64,000 bases of DNA from positions 1 through 64,000 of the IMG/VR virus record IMGVR_UViG_3300034071_001431. The stretch is one strand, 5' to 3'. Shown piece by piece: positions 40,094-49,854 of the stretch. The stretch is from a virus (taxonomy: Duplodnaviria > Caudoviricetes). Below the pieces are notes generated by a model that was not told the DNA's origin, made no database searches, and saw only the letters and a program-made list of their open reading frames with translations. Both the position numbers and the translations under genes were made by a program. Positions within the stretch are counted from its first letter, which is position 1. Each line of letters starts with the position of its first letter.

Positions 40094-40210
40094 TTAGTGA
40101 GCAACAACTACAAATTTATCAGGATCTAGACCGCGTTCAAAACAAAAATCTAACGCATCATCAAAATCTGTAAATTTATATTCTTGAGTTCCAACTGTGA
40201 TATAAAACAT
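40094..40210 (-). CDS. 38-aa early protein
   Basis: AAGGAG SD behind a repeated promoter; MFYITVGTQEYKFTDFDDALDFC. Confidence 0.65.
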   Translation of the reverse strand: MFYITVGTQEYKFTDFDDALDFCFERGLDPDKFVVVAH

Positions 40211-40242
40211 TTGTTGCTCCTTGTTGTTAGTGTATGTATAGC

Positions 40243-40271
40243 ATTATACGCTCAAAATAATATTTTGTCAA
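40243..40271 (-). promoter_or_regulatory. sigma70 early promoter (repeated cassette)
   Basis: TTGACA-17-TATAAT; leader matches 1212-1249 and 1481-1517. Confidence 0.85.
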
Positions 40272-40295
40272 TCGAAATCTAACTTAAATAGTAGT

Positions 40296-40790
40296 ATGAA
40301 TTTCGAATTAATTAAAACTCAATTAACTGAATGGTTAGTGTCATTCGTTGAAAAACCAAACCCTGCATTAAACAATTGGCCGCCTTGTCCGTATGCAAGA
40401 CAAGCTCGCATAAACAATAAAATACTTATAATCGAAAGTAGCATAGAAGATTTAACTAAAGCAGTCAACAAAAGTGTAACTATGTTTGAGCAATATGATG
40501 TTGTGGTGATATGCTTTGACCACACCCTACTCTCTGGTGAAAATTGCCAACAGTTAGCACTAGAATTGAATAATACCATTATGCAAAATGATTATGTTCT
40601 ATTAGAAGATCACCCAGATATTAAAGAATATGTTGCAGGCGTTAATATGAACTTCGGGCAGTGCGGATTATTTGTAATTTCTCCATTGAGCAAATTAACT
40701 GCGGCGTCTGATCAAATTCGTTCTAAGGGATATTACGATACGTGGAGTCAATCAGAGTTAGACGAAGTAGTGACATGGCGCCATAAGTAA
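40296..40790 (+). CDS. DUF1415-like protein
   Basis: EWLVSFVE..PCPYA..EDHP..GYY. Confidence 0.55.
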   Translation: MNFELIKTQLTEWLVSFVEKPNPALNNWPPCPYARQARINNKILIIESSIEDLTKAVNKSVTMFEQYDVVVICFDHTLLSGENCQQLALELNNTIMQNDYVLLEDHPDIKEYVAGVNMNFGQCGLFVISPLSKLTAASDQIRSKGYYDTWSQSELDEVVTWRHK

Positions 40791-40794
40791 TTTA

Positions 40795-41223
40795 ATGAAA
40801 TACGCAAGAATAAATCTGGCAGAAACTAATTATACAACATCAACTAACTGGCAGTATATCCGCAACCCCGATATATCAGAATTAAATCTCATTTATCACA
40901 AGTACTGCGAATATAAAAAGTTCAGTAGCGTTATGCCAATTTTTGATCAACAATATTTAGATAGTAACTCCGACATAATCGGATATCATAATCAAGGCCA
41001 ATTAATAGCATTCAGTTTAGTTAAAAAATATGATGCTAACAATGCTGAAAGTTTACAGTTTGCATGGGACTATGAGAATCCTAAATTGCGATTAGGAATA
41101 GAAAGTTTAAAGAATGAGTGCGCTATATACAAAGCATTAGGATTTACTTACTTGTATGTAGGCGGAGCAGATGAATATAAACAAACTATCTCCGGGTTTG
41201 AATTATTAGGAAAATTAGAATGA
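40795..41223 (+). CDS. GNAT / arginyl-tRNA-protein transferase C-terminal-like protein
   Basis: YCEYKKF, LIAFS, WDY..PKLRLG..SL..E, YLYVG. Confidence 0.55.
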   Translation: MKYARINLAETNYTTSTNWQYIRNPDISELNLIYHKYCEYKKFSSVMPIFDQQYLDSNSDIIGYHNQGQLIAFSLVKKYDANNAESLQFAWDYENPKLRLGIESLKNECAIYKALGFTYLYVGGADEYKQTISGFELLGKLE

Positions 41224-42386
41224 CATATTCAGTTTATCAACATTGGGATCCACTAGAGGTGTGTGCTGTTGGCAAGAGTTATAGTCCAGAATTTTATGCA
41301 TATATTGAAAATCCTAAAATACGAGAAGTATTTGAACGCATTGCTAGAGAGACCGAAGAGGATTATCAGAAATTAATCACTCTATTAGAATCGTTTAATG
41401 TTGAAATAGTTCGCCCCAACGTAAGTGATAATTATTTAGATTACTTAGATCCATTAACTAATAAGATTGCAGCACCACCAATGGAACCAAGAGATTATAG
41501 TATAATGCTCGGTGAAGAATTTTATTTTAGCTTACCAGCATCAGGACAGGAATTGTGGGATCTGCTCAAAGGTGACAGTTGGCCAACAGACTTACCTAGT
41601 CAACACGACTTTGCATTATTAGATGATAATATTAAACTCGAGTTAACACAATTTCATGCAGATATATATTCATTATACCCAACTAAATCACACAATATTA
41701 ATATGTGGAATGAATTATACAATGCAGTGCAACCTCAATTAATTTCCGCTACTAAAGAAGAACATCTGAGAGGAATCAATGCCGCCGAATGTACTCGGAT
41801 AGGAAGAGATATCTATGTAGGAACTAATTATTACGGGCAAGATACAACTAAAAAAATTGCGTGGCTTAATAAGAATAAACCAGAGTATAGATGGCACAGC
41901 GTCGATTCTGGTGGGCACTCGGATGCAACATTTTGTCCAGTAAAACCTGGGTTGATTATTAGTTTGTATGATATTCCTACGTATAAAGATACATTTCCGG
42001 GCTGGGAAGTAGTATATTTGCCCGGGCAAAGTTGGAAGGAAGTAAGGACATTCATTGAGCTTAAAGAAAAAAATAAAGGCAAGTGGTGGGTTCCCGGCGA
42101 AGAACTCAATGATGAGTTCACTGACTATGTAGAAGAATGGCTGGGACATTGGGTTGGGTTTGTAGAAGAAACTGTATTCGATGTAAACATGTTAGTTATC
42201 GATGAACAAAATGTAGTATGCAATAATTATAACAAAGATGTATTTGATGCATTTGAAAGACACGGAATTACCCCGCACATTGTAAATTTCCGTCATAGAT
42301 ATTTTTGGGACGGTGGGTTACATTGTATTACAAGTGATATAAGCCGGCGTGGCACGATGCAAGACTATTTTCCAGAGAGAGGTTAA
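41220..42386 (+). CDS. amidinotransferase (glycine/inosamine-phosphate type)
   Basis: WDPLEV, PRD, GHSD, GGLHCIT catalytic Cys. Confidence 0.85.
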   Translation: MTYSVYQHWDPLEVCAVGKSYSPEFYAYIENPKIREVFERIARETEEDYQKLITLLESFNVEIVRPNVSDNYLDYLDPLTNKIAAPPMEPRDYSIMLGEEFYFSLPASGQELWDLLKGDSWPTDLPSQHDFALLDDNIKLELTQFHADIYSLYPTKSHNINMWNELYNAVQPQLISATKEEHLRGINAAECTRIGRDIYVGTNYYGQDTTKKIAWLNKNKPEYRWHSVDSGGHSDATFCPVKPGLIISLYDIPTYKDTFPGWEVVYLPGQSWKEVRTFIELKEKNKGKWWVPGEELNDEFTDYVEEWLGHWVGFVEETVFDVNMLVIDEQNVVCNNYNKDVFDAFERHGITPHIVNFRHRYFWDGGLHCITSDISRRGTMQDYFPERG

Positions 42387-42387
42387 G

Positions 42388-42717
42388 ATGGACATTTATC
42401 ATATATGGGCAGACAAAGAAGGCGACATCAGTGATTTAGACTGGGTCAATAATATGAAGGGATTTTTACAACATTTAGTCGACGAGGATAAATTAGTCAG
42501 CTATCGTATTACACGTTGTAAGATGGGTTTCCGCAGTATGGATATTCCAGAGTGGCATATTATGATGGAATTTAAAGATATGGCACAGTTAGATAATGCG
42601 TTTAAACGTGTTGCTCCGTTAGAAGGTGAGTTAGAATCTAAACATAGAAGTTTCAATCAATTCGTTAAGGGCAACATCCAACACGCATTATATCGTGACT
42701 GGCCGGATAATCTATAA
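42388..42717 (+). CDS. dimeric alpha-beta barrel protein (DUF6614-like)
   Basis: YRITRCKMGF..PEWHIMMEF...LYRDWPD. Confidence 0.6.
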   Translation: MDIYHIWADKEGDISDLDWVNNMKGFLQHLVDEDKLVSYRITRCKMGFRSMDIPEWHIMMEFKDMAQLDNAFKRVAPLEGELESKHRSFNQFVKGNIQHALYRDWPDNL

Positions 42718-43458
42718 TTTTTTTGAAGTCTGTATAAATCGTATAATGTTTCCAAAAATATCAAACTTATAGTTGCCCCATGCATTATCATATTCAGCTG
42801 GTCGAGCATGATGGTTATTATGCAGGTGAGCACCAAGTAAAAATATTCCAGCCCATTGATTGTTGGTACTAGTATTATCCTGTGCATTATCTGCAGGACC
42901 CCACTTGTGGCATGCTACGTTTACTAAAAAATTAATCCATAGAGTCGATAATACGTTGACTGCATAATACCAAAGTAATAATGGTGATGCTAATGCTAAT
43001 ATTACAAATACTGCAACTTGAATTTTAAAATAGTGACGATGTTGTTGCACCAACCATGTATCTTTAAATAAATCTTTAACTATACGTGCTGTAAAGTCTA
43101 CGGTATTATGTTGATAAAAAATAGTGCCCCATAGATTAGTATGCGGATTGTGTGGATCTTTGTCTGTATCAGAATATCTATGATGTAATCTGTGTACTCC
43201 AGCAAACGCTACAATACTACCTTCGCCCGCCAGTGTATGTAATACTATTAATACCCGTTGATAGAACTTTGATGTAGCAAAACTGTTATGGCTCCATAGC
43301 CTGTGGGCGCCAACTTCACTTCCTATTCCTTTAGTTACAACACACAGAATAAAAATAATTATTGGAGCTTCCCACCCAATAGTTAAGTAAAAGGGCATGG
43401 TTAGCGCCAATATTGCGCTGACTATAATTAATAGCAAATGTTTAGTTTTATATGACAT
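42712..43458 (-). CDS. membrane fatty-acid desaturase (delta9-like)
   Basis: HRLWSH, HRLHH, DPHNP, HNNHH. Confidence 0.9.
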   Translation of the reverse strand: MSYKTKHLLLIIVSAILALTMPFYLTIGWEAPIIIFILCVVTKGIGSEVGAHRLWSHNSFATSKFYQRVLIVLHTLAGEGSIVAFAGVHRLHHRYSDTDKDPHNPHTNLWGTIFYQHNTVDFTARIVKDLFKDTWLVQQHRHYFKIQVAVFVILALASPLLLWYYAVNVLSTLWINFLVNVACHKWGPADNAQDNTSTNNQWAGIFLLGAHLHNNHHARPAEYDNAWGNYKFDIFGNIIRFIQTSKKL

Positions 43459-43497
43459 ATAACTAATTATCTGTGATTGGTATTGTGTGAAATATTT

Positions 43498-43656
43498 TTA
43501 CTCGCAGTCAGTACACTCAATTAAGCGTCGAACTATTTCGGCTTCGGTCTTGGTATCAGTTGGTACAAGGGTTAGTGTTTCTCTTTGGTACGCAGATAGT
43601 TGATGTTTAGCAAGTGCCAATACATCATTTGCTAATTGTGCTGTTGTCGTTGACAT
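43498..43656 (-). CDS. hypothetical protein
   Basis: AAGGGA SD, TAAATA upstream. Confidence 0.5.
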   Translation of the reverse strand: MSTTTAQLANDVLALAKHQLSAYQRETLTLVPTDTKTEAEIVRRLIECTDCE

Positions 43657-43714
43657 TGTGTGTCCCTTAGTTAATTTACATGGCAATTTTGTCACCATGT
43701 AAATATTTAGTTGA

Positions 43715-44200
43715 TTATGTAATTAATGCCGCAAGTATAGCGGGGTCAATATCATCAAAGGTGCCACGCTCATTTTCGCTTACAAACTTTGAACTGTGCT
43801 GATACACTTGCTCATTTGGTTCGGGTAGTTGTTCAGTAAGCGCAATCATAAGACGATATGCTTCCCATGCTTCTTTAACACCATCACTTGTAACGTCTGC
43901 TTCTGTTGGGTATAAGTCCATCCAAATGTAATCACGCGGCACTGAGCTTGCACTAATACCGTTAGCACGTGGCTCGAGTACTTTACCGGACTTCCAAAGT
44001 TCAAGTCCAATGCGTTCACATTCTGCTGGGTCTAATCCCATTAAGTAATCACGTCTATGGGTATATTCAGTAATTACATTTTTAACGTGTTCTTCCGTAA
44101 TCATATGTGTACGTGCAATGATGCACATAACATCTTCAAGTTTAACTGTACCGTTAACTAAATCTTTAAGACACCGACCAAAACTAAAACCTATTTTCAT
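43715..44200 (-). CDS. hypothetical protein
   Basis: MKIGFSFGRC...; promoter TTGACA-17-TATACT at 44224-44252. Confidence 0.7.
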   Translation of the reverse strand: MKIGFSFGRCLKDLVNGTVKLEDVMCIIARTHMITEEHVKNVITEYTHRRDYLMGLDPAECERIGLELWKSGKVLEPRANGISASSVPRDYIWMDLYPTEADVTSDGVKEAWEAYRLMIALTEQLPEPNEQVYQHSSKFVSENERGTFDDIDPAILAALIT

Positions 44201-44255
44201 ACAGAACCTTTCACTAAAAACATAGTATAACTGAAATTAGTGAAGGTGTCAAGCG

Positions 44256-44765
44256 TTATCTTACAGCGACTTTGTCTCCACTGTAAAACGTGTGTCCGCC
44301 AATGCGATCTATTTTAGCAAGACCCCACTTTGGGCGCACTTTAGCATTATGAAAGTACAATGCTTCAGAGCCAAGTGATTCTAATCTAAGTCCGTCAAGT
44401 AATACCTTACGTGCAATTTCTTGACTGTCCTGCCATGCTTTAGAATATACTCGGCGACCTTTTGCTAACGGGTCACACACCCATGAGAATTGACATATAG
44501 TCTTATCTGCTACTTGAGTTTTTTGATTTACAACCCCGCATATGGTTGATGGGAAATTACCATTATTTGCTCTATTGATTGTTACTTGAGCTACTGCTAC
44601 TTTGCCGTCAAAACTTTCGCTTCCGGCTTCATGGTAAATGTTTTGTGCTAAACAAGTTAATTGTTTTTGTGTTGCAACTGATATTGCTTCTTCTGCGTTG
44701 GCAGTAATTATAACTAATGACATAATGGCCATGAATGCTATTTTTGAGTAGATGAAACTGCTCAT
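44256..44765 (-). CDS. cell wall hydrolase (SleB/Hydrolase_2)
   Basis: signal peptide, CLAQNIYHEA, VAQVTINR, CQFSW, IGGHTFY. Confidence 0.9.
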   Translation of the reverse strand: MSSFIYSKIAFMAIMSLVIITANAEEAISVATQKQLTCLAQNIYHEAGSESFDGKVAVAQVTINRANNGNFPSTICGVVNQKTQVADKTICQFSWVCDPLAKGRRVYSKAWQDSQEIARKVLLDGLRLESLGSEALYFHNAKVRPKWGLAKIDRIGGHTFYSGDKVAVR

Positions 44766-44815
44766 AGTAGATACCTCCTATTAAGTTATTGCGTGTAATT
44801 CTTACAGACGTGTTA

Positions 44816-45031
44816 TTAAGTTGATGACTTTCTTTGAAATGTTAAAAATTTGCAAGTAGCTGGTTGTTCTTGAATCATCAGTAGATCATAATCACTACAT
44901 CTGGGTTCTACAACTTCTAAACTTGCTGTGTGTCTGTGGCACGTAGTACTTATCTTACACTTTCTTCCTGCACAATAATAACTTAGTGCCGGCGTTGCTT
45001 CTTGCAATGTGGTTTCCTGTGGCTTTCGCAT
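44816..45031 (-). CDS. small Cys-rich protein
   Basis: GGAGG SD; C-x3-C-x4-CHR. Confidence 0.6.
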   Translation of the reverse strand: MRKPQETTLQEATPALSYYCAGRKCKISTTCHRHTASLEVVEPRCSDYDLLMIQEQPATCKFLTFQRKSST

Positions 45032-45112
45032 AAGAATCCTCCTTGTGTATTATATATAGTCCATGTATTCCCATGGTTTACTATATACTTTACTTTATGC
45101 AGGATAGGATAA

Positions 45113-45934
45113 CTACCACAAATTTAAAATACCCGGCATACGTTTAAGTAGATCGAGTCTATAATGATCCCATATATTATACAATTCTTCACTATCGTAA
45201 TCATTTATTAATACCTTTAAATCCGATAATGCACCAATGTCTGCAATATAAGGCTTATACTTAGCTGGCATAGTTTCATCAGTGTGATGATATGCCAGCA
45301 CCGATAGTCCGGATAATTCTAAATAAGTCGATATTAATCGTTCATTTAAAAATGTAAACATAGGCAATGATTTATCATGCGCATACAAAGCAGAACCCGG
45401 AGCAAATACTTGTTTATGGAATTCAGCATCACTTGCTGCTTCGGTAAATATTCGGCGACTAAATGCCATATAACCATCCCAAAACTCCCTATTTCCTACC
45501 ACATAAGTAGCAAAAACGGTGTGTCTTCTGTCTATTACTAACTCTCGTACGTTAATGTCTTTGTAACCACTTTTAGCCATAAACGAATCTGCTATTTGAC
45601 TTAGATTCGGATGGTAGATATCTCCTTGTTCCCATGGATTTGCAAATAGTGCTTCATTTACTAGAAAAGGATTAAACAAATAAACATCGTATCCGGGATT
45701 TGCTGTAATATAATCTGTTGTTTGCTTTCCGGTCAGGAACATCTTTTCTTTATATCGCCAGCTAACAAATCCCCAATGGTCCAAATCCTGTGCGACAATA
45801 TTTTCATGTTCCTTATCCCATACATACCATTCACACAATTCCGGGCGAAGGTTTGATGTATTGTCATATGCAGTGAATCCTGGATCTAATAATGGTATTT
45901 GGGCAGGATCGTAATATATTTGAAATATTTTCAT
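45113..45934 (-). CDS. putative glycosyltransferase-like protein
   Basis: KIFQIYY, WGFVSWR, FLNERL; sugar-modification context. Confidence 0.5.
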   Translation of the reverse strand: MKIFQIYYDPAQIPLLDPGFTAYDNTSNLRPELCEWYVWDKEHENIVAQDLDHWGFVSWRYKEKMFLTGKQTTDYITANPGYDVYLFNPFLVNEALFANPWEQGDIYHPNLSQIADSFMAKSGYKDINVRELVIDRRHTVFATYVVGNREFWDGYMAFSRRIFTEAASDAEFHKQVFAPGSALYAHDKSLPMFTFLNERLISTYLELSGLSVLAYHHTDETMPAKYKPYIADIGALSDLKVLINDYDSEELYNIWDHYRLDLLKRMPGILNLW

Positions 45935-46470
45935 TATTTCTTAATTCCCCAAAAATATAAATCTTGTGATGCTGGATTTACGGAATAGTTATGACTTGCA
46001 AATATGTCCGATGCATTAATAATATTATTGAAATCATCTTCGATTAGATTTTTATAATATTCCCAACCTTTTCCAATAGTCAAAGGACTATCTAGAGGAG
46101 AGGTACGAGTGGTACCGTGCTCTGCTCTACCAGTGGTAGCACAGGTCATTACAATTAGTCCGCCTGATTTACATAGTCTAATCATATTTAGAAATGTTTC
46201 GGCCCAATGCGGATTATGCTCAAAACATTCGCATGATATAACAGTATCAAATGTTTCCACGGGTGCATCATACACGTGCCCTTCACATACAATATCGACA
46301 TCTCGACCGGCGCCCACATCTATGCCTGTATAATCGCAGTTATCAAAGAATTGGCGTACTGAACCATTTATATTTAAACTACCAATTTCTAATACCTTAC
46401 TATTAGTAAACTGTTTAGGAAATACTGCACGTATGCTACTTACAAAATATAATTGTTGTGGGTGTGACAT
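45934..46470 (-). CDS. SAM methyltransferase (type 11)
   Basis: VLEIGSLNING, FDTVISCECFEH. Confidence 0.85.
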   Translation of the reverse strand: MSHPQQLYFVSSIRAVFPKQFTNSKVLEIGSLNINGSVRQFFDNCDYTGIDVGAGRDVDIVCEGHVYDAPVETFDTVISCECFEHNPHWAETFLNMIRLCKSGGLIVMTCATTGRAEHGTTRTSPLDSPLTIGKGWEYYKNLIEDDFNNIINASDIFASHNYSVNPASQDLYFWGIKK

Positions 46471-47213
46471 TAGTCCATTACTTCCATTCCGTTTGGTGCG
46501 ATGTTACCTCGAAGGCCAACTGTATCAAGTTCGACTAGTTTACTAGGTGGAACGAACTTAGCCATACTATGTTCGATATCAATATATTTTCCTTTGTTAA
46601 ATGTCGCAAACATATTTTGAAGAATATTTTGAAATAGTTGAATAGTGTCCACATACAAACTCGGAGTAAACGACCACAGGCGAGTTTGTAACATTGTTGA
46701 TACTCCGGTGTCTGCGGTTGCAATCCAACTTGGTTGTGCTTTCTTAAACACATATTTGTCTACAGTTGTTTCGTTATCAAACTTAGTAATGTCAAACTTA
46801 TCAGTGACTTGATAACGTCCGCTAAGTTTAAATATACGAGATGAATTTGCAATAATATCCATTATCTCTGCATTGGTTGACATGTATGATAATGCTTTGT
46901 ACATACCAATGCACTCCATTGAATTCTTACCAATATCGTAATTAGTAATATTATTATGGAAATGCTGTATGTCTTTATCATCACTGTTATCAATGTAATA
47001 ATCAACAAGGTCAATCAACTCATTCAGTTCATTGCTCTCGTCTTGTGCAATTGCAGTAGTACTATTGTCGATTAAGATAACAGTACAGCCCGGTATATAT
47101 TGCTTTGCGCTTTTAACAGTATCTAACGTTTGTTGTATGCGTTGTTTAGCATCATAAATGCCATAGTTAGTATGTACTGCTGATGTTACTAAGACGGTAG
47201 GTTTAGTTAGCAT
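46470..47213 (-). CDS. putative glycosyltransferase-like protein
   Basis: VTSA, R..QTL.T, FKLSGRY, DIEH. Confidence 0.5.
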   Translation of the reverse strand: MLTKPTVLVTSAVHTNYGIYDAKQRIQQTLDTVKSAKQYIPGCTVILIDNSTTAIAQDESNELNELIDLVDYYIDNSDDKDIQHFHNNITNYDIGKNSMECIGMYKALSYMSTNAEIMDIIANSSRIFKLSGRYQVTDKFDITKFDNETTVDKYVFKKAQPSWIATADTGVSTMLQTRLWSFTPSLYVDTIQLFQNILQNMFATFNKGKYIDIEHSMAKFVPPSKLVELDTVGLRGNIAPNGMEVMD

Positions 47214-48235
47214 CTCAACCATCTCTCATTAGCTAATGTCCATTGTACTACTTCGCCGATACGATCCGATAATGCAACTTTCGGTTCCCATCCAAGTGTA
47301 CGCATATAGTCGCCGCTCAATGCATAACGTAAATCATGCCCCGGACGTGAACTATGGAAGTCTACCATTTCATATTTTAATTCTTTACCTTGTGCTGTTG
47401 CAATTAGTTTAGCAAGTGCTAAATTATCAATTTCTTCTTTACCAACTAAATTAAATTTAGGACATTTTGCATCGCCAAAATCACGTGCTAGTTTACTTGG
47501 GTCTAAGTTTAACAAGAAGTGCATGGCATCAGCTACATCCGCGGCATGAATATAATGTCTACTTCCTGGTATTGTACGTGTGCTATCACTGTGAATAGTA
47601 ATAGAGTCACCATCGTTTACTTTACGTATACACATAGGAATAAACTTCTCAGGATGCTGTCTTTCACCAAACACATTCATAGTATGGGTAATGTAAATTG
47701 GCAGGCCATATGTATTTTCAAATGCAACTGCTAGCTCTTCGCCGCCGGCTTTACTTGCTGAATATGGATTAGTTGAATTATATCTATCACGTTCTTTATA
47801 ATTAACTCCTGCTGGTGCCGGACCAAATACTTCATCAGTTGAGAAATAGATAAAGCGTTCTAAGTTAGGCAATGTACGTGCAAATTGCAATGCGTGACCT
47901 GTACCGACTACGTTATCCATTACAAATTCCATTGGATAATCAATACTGCGATCTACATGCGAACCTGCCGCCAAGTGTAATACAAAGTTTGCATCACCAA
48001 TCTCACGTGCTACCATTGGATTAATTTCTGCACGTAAATCATGAAATACAATCTTAACACGTTTACGTGTTTCTAACGGAAAGTCTTCCATCATATCAGC
48101 TAATCGGTTTAAGTTACCCGAAAAGTCTAAACGATCTAAGCTGACAATGTTCCAGTCGGTATTTTTAAGTAAGTTTTCGATAACATGATGTGCGATGAAT
48201 CCAGCACCACCTGTTACCAGCACGGTTTTTGACAT
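47207..48235 (-). CDS. rfbB: dTDP-glucose 4,6-dehydratase-like NAD-dependent enzyme
   Basis: TGGAGFIA, HLAAGSHVDRS, STDEVFG, YSASK, RPGHDLRY. Confidence 0.9.
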   Translation of the reverse strand: MSKTVLVTGGAGFIAHHVIENLLKNTDWNIVSLDRLDFSGNLNRLADMMEDFPLETRKRVKIVFHDLRAEINPMVAREIGDANFVLHLAAGSHVDRSIDYPMEFVMDNVVGTGHALQFARTLPNLERFIYFSTDEVFGPAPAGVNYKERDRYNSTNPYSASKAGGEELAVAFENTYGLPIYITHTMNVFGERQHPEKFIPMCIRKVNDGDSITIHSDSTRTIPGSRHYIHAADVADAMHFLLNLDPSKLARDFGDAKCPKFNLVGKEEIDNLALAKLIATAQGKELKYEMVDFHSSRPGHDLRYALSGDYMRTLGWEPKVALSDRIGEVVQWTLANERWLRC

Positions 48236-48269
48236 TGAATGTTTCCTTGTTAATTGATACAATATTTAT

Positions 48270-48425
48270 TTACGCTGGTTGTGATACTTTGCCTTCTACG
48301 TATTCACGAATGAACTTAACTGCTTTACGACTTGTATCGAATACAAACTCTTTTGCATCATCTTCTGTATTTAAAATTACAATAAAACCATTTGCTACTT
48401 TTCTAATCTCGATTGATTCAAACAT
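48270..48425 (-). CDS. 51-aa hypothetical protein
   Basis: GGAG SD; MFESIEIRKVANGFIV. Confidence 0.65.
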   Translation of the reverse strand: MFESIEIRKVANGFIVILNTEDDAKEFVFDTSRKAVKFIREYVEGKVSQPA

Positions 48426-48515
48426 AGTGTTACTCCGGTTATAATATATTAGTTTAACACTATTTTACAACGTTAGTCAAGAGAATAGGCAAGAAATCTG
48501 CCTATTTTGAGTGAA

Positions 48516-48725
48516 TTACTTAGCTGGTTGTTGCTGACGTGCTTGTCCACCGTTAGCTGGTGTTGAGCGCAATTCAGAGAACTTTTTGTTCTTAGATTCC
48601 ATGTATGATTGCTGAGCACTTACCATTGCATTCAGATAAATCTTACGTTCTGTTTTGTCTAAGATTGTTGCTAATGTTAATTTAACCATCTTACCTAATT
48701 TGAAACTTGCATTTGTTTTAGCCAT
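48516..48725 (-). CDS. basic hypothetical protein
   Basis: AAGGAG SD; downstream hairpin at 48484-48506. Confidence 0.7.
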   Translation of the reverse strand: MAKTNASFKLGKMVKLTLATILDKTERKIYLNAMVSAQQSYMESKNKKFSELRSTPANGGQARQQQPAK

Positions 48726-48737
48726 GTGTATTACTCC

Positions 48738-48977
48738 TTATCGTGATTCAACTTTGAGATTTAGTACAAAATTTTCTACTAACAGTTTAGTGATTGTTGC
48801 TACTATAATTGCTTCGCCGTCTTCAGTTGAAGCGTGTTGCTTATATAGTTCAAATGCTTGACTGCCCACCAGTTGATATATACGGTCTTTATCAAGTGGT
48901 AAGTTTTCCCAATCAATTGCATCGGTTGTTTCTACTTCTTTTGCTAGTTCAATAATTTGTTCAAGTGTGTAGTTCAT
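48738..48977 (-). CDS. hypothetical protein (leaderless)
   Basis: TTGACT-17-TATACT at 48984-49012, 6 nt before ATG; KLLVENFVLNL. Confidence 0.7.
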   Translation of the reverse strand: MNYTLEQIIELAKEVETTDAIDWENLPLDKDRIYQLVGSQAFELYKQHASTEDGEAIIVATITKLLVENFVLNLKVESR

Positions 48978-49053
48978 ATAATTAGTATATAGCCTCCAGA
49001 AACTAAAGTCAACAAAAATATTCATCAGAATAGAATAATTAGTAAATATAGAT

Positions 49054-49854
49054 ATGTATAAATTATTCAAACTACCAAATCTTTCTAATTATCAACAAAC
49101 TCTACTAGTACAAGCAATTTTATATAGTAGCGTAGCACTGGTGCTGTTATTTGCATTTGATTGGCTACTACTGCTAAAAGGATTACTTGTTGGTTGGGTG
49201 TTTTTTTGTTTTGCTATTTCTATTAGCTTACACAAATATGCAAGTCATCGTTCGTTTGAACCGCGCAACCGCCTTATCAAACTAATTTTATTATGGTTAG
49301 GTAACCAAGCAACCTTAGGAAGTAGCATAGGATTTGCAGCAGGGCACAGACAACATCATATATCAAGCGACACCGACGCAGACCCATTTAGACTAACTGA
49401 TTCATTTATGCATAATTTAAAACTATGGTTCTATTATTTTCCAACTGGTACTATTAGTCCACGACTAATTAAAGATTTGTCTGGTGATAAGGATTATAAG
49501 TTTTTTCACACCCATTATTGGAAAATTTGGGCAGTACTACCTGTTAGCATGTTTTGCCTACTAGGTCCTGTATATTTTGTTTATTTCTTTGCACTTCCGG
49601 TAGTATATGGTTTCTTAGGAATGAGTTATGTTACTGTAGTTGCACACTCAACAACATGGCGCAAATGGTTTAATGGAACTGCTGATTTTGATACAAACGA
49701 TCAAAGTTGGGATGGTAAATTCTTTACTGTGCTATTTGCTGGCGAAGGATATCACCACACACATCATGCAAATCCCAGCGAATACAGTTATAGTATCCCC
49801 GGGAAGCAATTTGATTTTTCAGGCTTTGTAATTAAATATATTAAGAAAGACTAA
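49054..49854 (+). CDS. membrane fatty-acid desaturase
   Basis: HKYASH, HRQHH, GEGYHHTHH. Confidence 0.88.
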   Translation: MYKLFKLPNLSNYQQTLLVQAILYSSVALVLLFAFDWLLLLKGLLVGWVFFCFAISISLHKYASHRSFEPRNRLIKLILLWLGNQATLGSSIGFAAGHRQHHISSDTDADPFRLTDSFMHNLKLWFYYFPTGTISPRLIKDLSGDKDYKFFHTHYWKIWAVLPVSMFCLLGPVYFVYFFALPVVYGFLGMSYVTVVAHSTTWRKWFNGTADFDTNDQSWDGKFFTVLFAGEGYHHTHHANPSEYSYSIPGKQFDFSGFVIKYIKKD

